Below are positions 1-7,382 of a DNA stretch of 64,000 nt, piece after piece. This stretch comes from an uncultured bacterium (GTDB lineage Bacteria > CSSED10-310 > CALFER01). The notes below the pieces were generated by a model, which was given only the letters and a program-made list of their open reading frames with translations, was not told the DNA's origin and did no database searches. A program made the position numbers and the translations under genes. Position 1 is the stretch's first letter. Every line of letters begins with the position of its first letter. The stretch spans positions 1,911 through 65,910 of the forward strand of contig CAYYMM010000007.1 in assembly GCA_964472395.1 (NCBI GenBank). The letters are read 5' to 3'.

Positions 1-2829
1 GAACGGGCAGCGGAACTGGCGGCGGAGTATGCCGAGATTGAAACTGTACGGCGCGAGATCGCTCATCAAACCGCCTTGAAACAGGAGCTGGAATCAGGAT
101 TGCCTGCTTCCGAGACCAAGCTGGCGGAAAAAATCGATGCACTCGAAACGGCACAAAGCTCGTTGAAAGGAACGGAAACCGCGCATGCGAAACTGCTCGA
201 AACACTGCGACTCGTGAGGCCGATCGACCAGGAAATCGAGTCGATCGGAAAGAAGCTGGAATCGAGCCGGGCAGCGCTGACAAAAATCGAAAAGGATCGG
301 GCGGATCTCGGTTGTAAGATCGCAAATCTGGAGCGGGAAGCGGATCGTGAGGAGCGCGGGAGAACGGATGTCGATGCGTATCTGACGGCGCATTCGATCG
401 ACGGGACGCTGGGCGAGGATCTCAAGGCGATCGAACTGAAATCCCGGGACTGGAAGGATTGTGTCCAATCTCGCTCATCACAGGTTGACAAACGGGACAG
501 GCAGATCAGAGAACTCGAGGTGCTCGACACGCAGCAACGCGCCGCTGAACAGTCCATCGCTGTCGCCCGGATGCAATTGGATGAGCTGAACGATACGATC
601 AAGCGCATGGATGAGGAATTCGATGCGGTGTCGGCAGGTCATGGCCGGGACGATTGGGATAGGATGCGTGATTCGATCCGTGAGAGTATCCGCGGGATCG
701 AGTTGCTCCGGGAGTCGCTGAAACGAGCCGGGGAACGAACCGACGAGATCGCCCGTGAAGAACGGCTTATTGAGGAGCTTTTATCCCGCCGATCGGTGCT
801 CAACAGGCAGATCGAGGATCAGCGGGATCATCTCGAGTGGCAGGATAAAAACGTCGGGGAACTGGAACAACGACATGAACACGCGACCCGGATGCACAAT
901 CTGGATGACGAGCGCGCGCTTTTGAAGGAAGGCGATCCGTGCCCGCTGTGCGGCTCGACTCATCATCCGTTCGCGGACGGACGGATTCCGGAACCAACCG
1001 AGATCCGAAAGGCGCTGGACGAGGCCCGCAGACAGCGGGACGAAACCCGGAGGAATCTTGAGAAAACAAAAGTTGACGTGGTGCGGGTGGACGGTGAGAT
1101 TCATCATCACAAGCGGCTCATCGACGATATCAGGAACAAAGCGCTCGTGGAACCCGAGTCATTCGCGTCGCTGGCCGTGTCGCTCGAACCGGAAACTCCT
1201 CCTGACGCGTGGACACCCGAGATGATCGACGCACGGGCCGATGACCTGCTGCAGAAACGGAATGAAACCGAAACGGTGCTCCAGAGGATCGACGCGATCG
1301 AACGCGATCGGAAAACGGCTCAGAACGCAAAAATCGACCGGATGGGCGAATTACAGAACGCGCAGATGCGGGGGCATTCCGCTCAAACAGAGCATCAAGC
1401 GCTCCAGGAGCGCATCCGGAGACTCGGCGATGACATCACCGCGAGCGATGCGCGCGTGATGGTGCTCAGCGACGAGTTGACTCATCTGCTTGTTCCGTAC
1501 GGGCTTGTTATCGAGTTCGATCGGCTCGACGCAAATCTGGCGGATGCCCGGACACGCTGGGTCCGGTGGCAGGCGGCCAGCCGATCGAAGCAGGAGATCG
1601 AAGCCCGCATCGGGGCGTTGGCCGAGCAGCGTGCGAATCTCAGGGGAGGGATCGAAAAGCTGGACGAACTGATCCCGGAATCCCGGCGTCAGATCGACAC
1701 GCTGAACGGAGATGAGACACGCGTAAAGGCTCGGAGGGAGGATCTCTTCGGCGCACGGAATTGCGATTGCGAAGAGCGCGTTTCCGTTGAGGCAGTCGAA
1801 TCGGGGAAGCGGGAAGTCGAACAGCGGCGCACGGACAGCGAGGCAGCAAAAGACAGTCTGCTTAAGCGCCGGGAAGCCATCGCGACACACGCGAAAAGTC
1901 TCGTGCTGGCCCGCGAGCGTCTCGAGCGGATCGAACCGCAATTCATGGAAAAACTCATCGCGAGGGGATTCCCCAATGAACAGGCCTATCGTGAGGCGCG
2001 ACTCAATGATGCGACTTTGAAACAGCTTAGGGGGCAATCCGAAGCGTTGAAGAAACGGCGCAACGAACTCGATGCGCGCATGGTGGATCTCGAAGGCAGA
2101 CTCGCTGAAACGAAGGCACGGAATCTGACGGAACGTTCGCGCGAAGAGGTTGTCGCCGAGCAGAAACTGGTTCAGGAGATCATCGGCGACATCCAGCAGG
2201 AAATCGGCGGATTGCGCGGCAAACTGACGGAGGACGAGGCGGGGCGGGCCGAGCAGGCGGAGCGGATTGCGGCGCGCGATCGTCAGAAGATGGTCTGCGA
2301 CCGCTGGAATCGCCTGCATGAGCTGATCGGATCCGAAAGCGGCAAGAGGTATCGGAATTTTGCGCAGGGACTGACCTTCGACATTCTACTCACGCATGCC
2401 AACGCGCAGCTCGTCCGGTTGACCGACCGCTACCTTCTCAAGCGGGAAGAGCAATATGATCTGGAGTTGGTGGTGATCGACAATTATCAGGGCGGGATCG
2501 AGCGGACCTCGAAGAACCTGTCGGGCGGCGAGAGTTTTCTCGTGAGTCTGGCTCTGGCGCTCGGATTGTCCCGGATGGCGGGCCGGCAAGTGCGGATCGA
2601 TTCGCTCTTTCTGGATGAGGGATTCGGGACGCTGGACGACGATACCCTGGAAAGCGCGCTTCAGTCGCTGGCGGGGTTGAGGCGGGACGGGAAAATGATC
2701 GGGATCATATCGCACATTCAGGCGCTCAAGGACCGAATCGGCGCGCAGATCGAAGCGGAGCCGATGCCGGGAGGATTCAGCCGCCTGATCGGACCGGGAT
2801 GCCGGGAGTTGAAGGGAGTATCAACATGA
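1..2829 (+). CDS. sbcC: Exonuclease SbcC (Rad50-like SMC ATPase), 5'-truncated at window edge
   Basis: Frame 1 is open from nt 1 (the ORF track starts at TTG 76). The protein is a long coiled coil with a central zinc-hook CPLCGSTHHP. The C-terminus carries the ABC-ATPase signature LSGGESFLVSLALALGLS, Walker B LFLDEGFGTLDDD and D-loop/H-loop (GIISHI). Confidence 0.85.
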   Translation, partial: ERAAELAAEYAEIETVRREIAHQTALKQELESGLPASETKLAEKIDALETAQSSLKGTETAHAKLLETLRLVRPIDQEIESIGKKLESSRAALTKIEKDRADLGCKIANLEREADREERGRTDVDAYLTAHSIDGTLGEDLKAIELKSRDWKDCVQSRSSQVDKRDRQIRELEVLDTQQRAAEQSIAVARMQLDELNDTIKRMDEEFDAVSAGHGRDDWDRMRDSIRESIRGIELLRESLKRAGERTDEIAREERLIEELLSRRSVLNRQIEDQRDHLEWQDKNVGELEQRHEHATRMHNLDDERALLKEGDPCPLCGSTHHPFADGRIPEPTEIRKALDEARRQRDETRRNLEKTKVDVVRVDGEIHHHKRLIDDIRNKALVEPESFASLAVSLEPETPPDAWTPEMIDARADDLLQKRNETETVLQRIDAIERDRKTAQNAKIDRMGELQNAQMRGHSAQTEHQALQERIRRLGDDITASDARVMVLSDELTHLLVPYGLVIEFDRLDANLADARTRWVRWQAASRSKQEIEARIGALAEQRANLRGGIEKLDELIPESRRQIDTLNGDETRVKARREDLFGARNCDCEERVSVEAVESGKREVEQRRTDSEAAKDSLLKRREAIATHAKSLVLARERLERIEPQFMEKLIARGFPNEQAYREARLNDATLKQLRGQSEALKKRRNELDARMVDLEGRLAETKARNLTERSREEVVAEQKLVQEIIGDIQQEIGGLRGKLTEDEAGRAEQAERIAARDRQKMVCDRWNRLHELIGSESGKRYRNFAQGLTFDILLTHANAQLVRLTDRYLLKREEQYDLELVVIDNYQGGIERTSKNLSGGESFLVSLALALGLSRMAGRQVRIDSLFLDEGFGTLDDDTLESALQSLAGLRRDGKMIGIISHIQALKDRIGAQIEAEPMPGGFSRLIGPGCRELKGVST

Positions 2830-3125
2830 ATATCGAGCCTTATGACCGATTCGAGTCGGAACGATTGATCCTTCGGGACGAACTGGCGATCGATCGGACG
2901 ATTCTGGCGAACGAACGGACGCTGCTGGCGTACGCCCGGACCGGATTGGCGATGATCCTGGCCGGGGTCACGTTCATTCATTTTTCCAATGCGATCTGGT
3001 TCACGGTGTTCGGCGCGGTCAGCATGGTGACGGGTACGATTCTGGCCCTCTGGGGAGGTCTCAGATATCGGAAAATGAAGCAATCGCTGGCCTCGATCAG
3101 GGCGAAACGGAACACCTCACATTGA
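2826..3125 (+). CDS. DUF202 (YidH-like) small membrane protein
   Basis: Motif ERTLLAYARTGLA followed by two hydrophobic helices. ATG 2826 overlaps the sbcC stop (ATGA), indicating translational coupling. Confidence 0.6.
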   Translation: MNIEPYDRFESERLILRDELAIDRTILANERTLLAYARTGLAMILAGVTFIHFSNAIWFTVFGAVSMVTGTILALWGGLRYRKMKQSLASIRAKRNTSH

Positions 3126-3185
3126 CTTTAACGGAAATCTCGTCATGATGTTCGGATGATCTCTTCAAGGAAAGGAAACCCGATC

Positions 3186-3644
3186 ATGATCAACCTCCAG
3201 TTCTCAAAAGACGAACTCAAACTGCTTCTCGGCCTGCTGAGTACCGCCGGTTATGTTCTGCATGCATATGCGGATGAAGAACTTGTCGATGAAGAACGGA
3301 TTGAAAAGGAATCCGACCTGATCCAGAAAATACTGAAAACAGCCCAGAGTGCGGGACTCAAGGATCTGGTTGAGATGGACGATTGCGGCGAGCATCTCGC
3401 GGTTTCGATGGAAGACGAGGAATTGAGTGAGATACCGGAACGGATCGGATCTTTCGAGGAAACCGTTTTCTGGGGAAAACTGATTTCGTCGCTGGCCAGC
3501 CGGGACATGATCGATGCGATCGGAGAGGATGTGGCCGATAAACTGACGGAAGAGGAGCATTCCGAGAAACATCAGGAGTTCTGCGGAAAGTACGAAACCG
3601 AGTTTTCGAACTTTGGTCTCAACCGTCTGAAGATCGCGGAATGA
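3186..3644 (+). CDS. Hypothetical acidic protein
   Basis: ORF in frame with 3156..3644; ATG 3186 is preceded by the AAGGAAAGGA Shine-Dalgarno. Composition is Glu/Asp-rich with no recognisable motif. Confidence 0.4.
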   Translation: MINLQFSKDELKLLLGLLSTAGYVLHAYADEELVDEERIEKESDLIQKILKTAQSAGLKDLVEMDDCGEHLAVSMEDEELSEIPERIGSFEETVFWGKLISSLASRDMIDAIGEDVADKLTEEEHSEKHQEFCGKYETEFSNFGLNRLKIAE

Positions 3645-3683
3645 TCGAACCGGAGTGATCCGAAACAGAAGAAAGGAACGGTC

Positions 3684-5174
3684 ATGAAACACGCGTTCGC
3701 GCTGAGTTGTATACTTGTTCTGACCCTCGCGACCATCGGATTGGCGAAGGAATACACCATTGCTGAATTCAAGCAGAGCATGTCGCAGCAGACGGACTCG
3801 GCGTCGGTTATAATGCTGTGCAAGGACTACATCGAAAACGCGACCGATCTTGAGGTGATCGAGGTTGCCGCTCGAATCCTTCGACGGGAAGACGAAGCGG
3901 TGCTTGACCAGTTCATCAAGACGAAAGCCGCAGAAAACCCGAAATCGGTCACCTTCCGGTATCTGGCCGGATCACGTCTCGAAGATCCCCTCGCCATGGT
4001 GTCGGCCGGGCGTGAACTGATCGCGCTTGAGCCCAAGAATGCCGCGGGCTACATTGTGCTCGGAAGGGGTTATTCGATGGGACTTTTGGCCTCTCGCATG
4101 AGCAATTCGAAAAAAGTTCCGGAACTCGAAACGACACTGGCGAAAGATGCACCGTATTTTGATGCCATGATTGGGATGCAATCTCCCCGTGATGAACTCA
4201 AACTCGTCTTGACACTCCTCAAGATCCATTCGAAGAAATTCGATGAAGCGCTCAAGGATCTCGAAGTCGGCATCGCCGAGAAGCAGCCGTGGGCGGATCC
4301 ATCCCTGCTGCCTCTGATTCATTCCGGTGCAGGCAATTACGACAAGGCTCGTTCCGCTGTCGAATCGTATGTTCAGAGCGGGATTGAACGAGGGCAGTAC
4401 AAAGCGGCGGACAAGGATCGCATTTCGGAATCGATGTTCTGCACGACATTGCTGATAGTCGGAGCGTACGACGAAGCGATCAAAATCTATGCGGCCACTC
4501 CGGATCTCGATACCCGAAGCGACACACTTTACAATCTCGCATGCGCTTATGCGCTCAAGGGTGACGCTGACAAAGCCTTCGAATCCCTCAACAAGGCAGC
4601 TGCGGCGGGTTATGACGATCATGAAGGTGCCGCCGAGGATTCGGATCTTGAAGCACTGCAGAAAGATGCGCGATGGGCGTCAACGATCGAGGCCATGAAG
4701 GCCGCACATTCGAAGGGTGCAGCGAAACGGAAGGACGCCGCGCTCCTGACGAAAGTGACCAAGGACGCCCCGGATTGGGAACTCAAGACGCCCGTCGGAA
4801 AATCCGTCAAGCTGTCGGATCTCAAAGGCAAAATCGTCATTCTCGATTTCTGGGCCACCTGGTGCGGCCCCTGCATGATGGCCATGCCAGCGCTCGATCA
4901 GTGGTGCAAGACGAAGAAACCCGAAAATGTCGAGGTAATATCGATCAATGTCTGGGAGCAGAATCCGAAGAAAGCCCAGGCGCTATTCGAACAGAAGAAG
5001 TTCGCCATGACACTGCTGCTGGGTACCGAAGAGGTGGCAAAGTCGTATGGAATCACCGGGATTCCGTATATCTGCGCAATCGACAAGACCGGCAAGATCC
5101 GATATGAGCAGAACGGGTTCAGCCGCGAATTTGAAGAAACCCTCGGATTCTGGGTCGAAGATCTGAATCGATAA
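3684..5174 (+). CDS. Secreted TPR-repeat / TlpA-like thioredoxin-fold thiol-disulfide oxidoreductase fusion
   Basis: N-terminal signal peptide, TPR-like helical repeats, and a C-terminal thioredoxin fold with WATWCGPC redox motif and GIPYICAIDKTGKI. SD AAAGGAA lies upstream. Confidence 0.75.
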   Translation: MKHAFALSCILVLTLATIGLAKEYTIAEFKQSMSQQTDSASVIMLCKDYIENATDLEVIEVAARILRREDEAVLDQFIKTKAAENPKSVTFRYLAGSRLEDPLAMVSAGRELIALEPKNAAGYIVLGRGYSMGLLASRMSNSKKVPELETTLAKDAPYFDAMIGMQSPRDELKLVLTLLKIHSKKFDEALKDLEVGIAEKQPWADPSLLPLIHSGAGNYDKARSAVESYVQSGIERGQYKAADKDRISESMFCTTLLIVGAYDEAIKIYAATPDLDTRSDTLYNLACAYALKGDADKAFESLNKAAAAGYDDHEGAAEDSDLEALQKDARWASTIEAMKAAHSKGAAKRKDAALLTKVTKDAPDWELKTPVGKSVKLSDLKGKIVILDFWATWCGPCMMAMPALDQWCKTKKPENVEVISINVWEQNPKKAQALFEQKKFAMTLLLGTEEVAKSYGITGIPYICAIDKTGKIRYEQNGFSREFEETLGFWVEDLNR

Positions 5175-5195
5175 TATACATAAAACTTATATGTC

Positions 5196-5221
5196 GGGCG
5201 GATTGCGATCCGCCCTTTTTG
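5196..5221 (+). terminator. Rho-independent terminator hairpin GGGCGGAT-TGCG-ATCCGCCC plus T5
   Basis: Perfect 8-bp GC-rich stem followed by TTTTT, 22 nt after the stop of the 3684..5174 gene. Confidence 0.7.
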
Positions 5222-5234
5222 TTGGTACCTGTTC

Positions 5235-5258
5235 GGGCGGATCGAAATCCGCCCTTTT
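5235..5258. terminator. Second copy of the GGGCGGAT-N4-ATCCGCCC hairpin between convergent genes
   Basis: GGGCGGAT-CGAA-ATCCGCCC followed by TTTT, immediately 3' of the minus-strand gene ending at 5258. Likely a bidirectional terminator. Confidence 0.55.
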
Positions 5259-6931
5259 CAACGATTCTCCCAAAAAAGTGCCACTGTCATGAACCTGCTG
5301 ATCTGTTGCGCGTCTCGTCGGGACAATCTCTTTTGACGCCATGTTTTCCGTATTCGAGGAATCGATACGATCGCATCCAGATCCTCCCGTTTGGAATAGA
5401 GGATCTCTTCCACAAAACGGCGACTGTTTCGCAACAACCGGATATAATTCTGCGCCGGCAGGAGCATCCCGGGGACCATCCTCCGAAGAAATCTCGACAT
5501 TAACCAGAGCTTCGATGGTTTGAATCCGTTCGCCGGTATGTTACCCGAAGGCTCCAATCGGATGCTTGCCAGTTTCGGCGCACCGGCATCGAGAATCTTT
5601 GCATGAACACTCGGTAACTGACGATTCGCAGCCGGAAGTCTGCGGATCGCTGCGAGATAAGAGGGTTCGAGGAATGGCAAGATAACATGAAAATATCGAC
5701 CCCAGATCAACGAACCGAAAATGGTAAAGGTTCGAATGCGATTGAACAGATAAAACTCATCGAGAACTGTCGTCTTCGATGCGGATAATGACTGCTTCGC
5801 AGCGTTCATGAAACCATCAAGATACTCCTCCTCCATCGTTTGTAATGCGTCTTCATAATGGAGAATCGATCCCTGGATGCATTTCGGGTCAAGCCTGTTT
5901 TCCTTCGCGAAAATGATCCGTCCAAGTGCTTCTTGATCGTCGCCGGACTCATCGTCCGATCCGCTGATCTTCCAGAAATTACGACCGTATTCACCCCCGA
6001 TCCCCGGGATGACGGTTTGTGCTCCTCGGTCACGAAGTGTATCGCACGGGTACATCGCATGACTGTCGTCGATGGAGATCGAGCCACCGGTTGATCGAAT
6101 GATTCTCTGCGAAAACTCCTCAAGATAATTCCGCGGAAATTCGAAGTGATAATGCGGCAAGGACATTACACCAGCGGCTTGTGCGGCGATTCCAGCCTCG
6201 TCCGACCGTCGAGATCCCCTTGTGTAGCTTACGATGCCCGGACGAGACACACATGACAGCACAGCACGGGAATCGAGTCCTCCGGACAGCGGAATCCATG
6301 TCCCACCGGTCGGGGATTCCAGGCGATGATCGAGAGCCTTCCGGAAACGAGCCGCGCACAGACAGACATCCGCCTTAATGGGATCACCAATCGGCAATCG
6401 CTCTTCAATGAAGGATTCGATGCATTCGCGTCTGATGATATGGACGTTTCCTTCCGGCAATCTGCGGATTTCCTGGCAGAGCGTGCGATTGCCGACGATG
6501 CGTCCGAGGCCGATGAGGGAAGCTGTTGCGATTGGATCCGGCGTTCCCTGCCCGAGGAGCTTCCGAAGCTCAAACAGATCGGTGGAATAGACAAACAGGG
6601 ATTGCTTCCGGAAGTAGTAGATCGGACGAAGACCAGGGGCAGCCGATTCGATACGCATCAAATTATTGAGCGAGCTGAAACGAAATGTGAAATCGAAAGG
6701 ATGAGAAGGATTCCGTTCCGAGTCATGACAGATTCGGATTGCAGCATCGCTCGCTTTAACTCTTTCAATGGCGGGTCCGGACCACTCGGGATGATGGAAG
6801 GCGATGAAAATATGGCGTGAAGCTGGGTCGAGTTGCTGGTACAAGGTAAAAGCAACTCGTTTCCAATAATCTAGAAAAAAGCGGAGTCGATCTGATTGAT
6901 CGAATTCAATCGCGCCTGAAACATGGATCAT
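5258..6931 (-). CDS. Asparagine synthetase (AsnB)-family protein lacking the N-terminal Cys nucleophile (lasso-cyclase-like / amidotransferase-like)
   Basis: PP-loop SGGLDS(RAV) ATP-pyrophosphatase motif, and an AsnB-like RPIYYF...LFVYSTDLFELRKL segment. The N-terminus is MIHVSG with no Cys2. Confidence 0.75.
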   Translation of the reverse strand: MIHVSGAIEFDQSDRLRFFLDYWKRVAFTLYQQLDPASRHIFIAFHHPEWSGPAIERVKASDAAIRICHDSERNPSHPFDFTFRFSSLNNLMRIESAAPGLRPIYYFRKQSLFVYSTDLFELRKLLGQGTPDPIATASLIGLGRIVGNRTLCQEIRRLPEGNVHIIRRECIESFIEERLPIGDPIKADVCLCAARFRKALDHRLESPTGGTWIPLSGGLDSRAVLSCVSRPGIVSYTRGSRRSDEAGIAAQAAGVMSLPHYHFEFPRNYLEEFSQRIIRSTGGSISIDDSHAMYPCDTLRDRGAQTVIPGIGGEYGRNFWKISGSDDESGDDQEALGRIIFAKENRLDPKCIQGSILHYEDALQTMEEEYLDGFMNAAKQSLSASKTTVLDEFYLFNRIRTFTIFGSLIWGRYFHVILPFLEPSYLAAIRRLPAANRQLPSVHAKILDAGAPKLASIRLEPSGNIPANGFKPSKLWLMSRFLRRMVPGMLLPAQNYIRLLRNSRRFVEEILYSKREDLDAIVSIPRIRKTWRQKRLSRRDAQQISRFMTVALFWENR

Positions 6932-7079
6932 GACACAAAATCCCAGTCAGCCGGAGAAGAATGGTCAATTGAATCAGTCTGAAAGTCAAGAAGCGGCTTC
7001 AAATTTTTATTTTTACTAAACCTATCGTCCATTTCGACATTATGTTTTGAAGCCCACATCCAATGAAAGGAGGCCGTCG

Positions 7080-7154
7080 ATGATGTTCCAACTTATCCGA
7101 TTGCAGCTCACGATCAACTCATCGTTCTGCGTCTCCTGCAGCAATCCTCGCTAA
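7080..7154 (+). CDS. Candidate small ORF (24 aa, MMFQLIRLQLTINSSFCVSCSNPR) with canonical Shine-Dalgarno
   Basis: AAAGGAGG, a 6-nt spacer, then ATGATG. It sits in the divergent intergenic region between the AsnB-like gene and the ABC exporter genes. No homology could be recognised. Confidence 0.3.
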   Translation: MMFQLIRLQLTINSSFCVSCSNPR

Positions 7155-7217
7155 CAAAAAAACCAATACCCCTTTATAGCAGGATCACCGTACGGGCGGT
7201 TCGTGAACCACCCCCGG

Positions 7218-7345
7218 ATGGGCGCATGGGCGGATGGGCGCATGGGCGGATGGGCGCATGGGCGCATGGGCGGATGGGCGCATGGGCGGATCGCGATCCG
7301 CCCAGACAGCCCAGACAGCCCAGACAGCCCAGACAGCCCAGACAC
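7218..7345. repeat. Compound simple-sequence repeat: (ATGGGCGS)x9, an embedded GGGCGGAT-CGCG-ATCCGCCC palindrome, then (CCCAGACAG)x5
   Basis: Direct reading: 9 tandem 8-mers at 7218-7289, palindrome at 7284-7303, and five 9-mers at 7301-7345. It lies 40 nt upstream of the ABC exporter start. Confidence 0.9.
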
Positions 7346-7382
7346 GAACCCCCCTTGCCAGTCGATACCCCTGGAGGATTAC

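Noticed and set aside
1351-2319. 322-aa minus-strand ORF inside sbcC, and similar long antisense ORFs (15717..16340, 22143..23165, 23421..24239, 26943..27953, 27983..28699, 39554..40348, 42418..43329, 47625..48815)
   Set aside because: They lie fully inside well-supported genes on the opposite strand, have Arg/Ser/Pro-rich low-complexity translations typical of high-GC antisense frames, and have no RBS or motifs.
5219-5523. Small plus-strand ORFs (94 aa, 60 aa) at the 3' end of the AsnB-like gene
   Set aside because: They are antisense to a conserved CDS, with no RBS and a low-complexity sequence.
7080-7154. sORF as a lasso-peptide precursor for the adjacent AsnB-like cyclase homolog
   Set aside because: It is only 24 aa. 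No Asp/Glu is available for an isopeptide macrolactam, there is no Thr at -2 relative to a plausible G/A/S/C core start, and no B-protease/RRE gene is present. It is retained only as a generic sORF.
7218-7345. Tandem repeats as a CRISPR array
   Set aside because: The units are 8-9 nt with no spacers, and no cas genes are present. This is a simple-sequence repeat, not CRISPR.
7203-7382. In-frame N-terminal extension of the ABC exporter ORF (MNHPRMGAWADGRMGGWAHGR...DSPDSPDSPDSPD)
   Set aside because: The extension is simply the translation of the octamer/nonamer DNA repeats. A proper GGAGG-N5-ATG start exists at 7383, which gives a typical 598-aa exporter.
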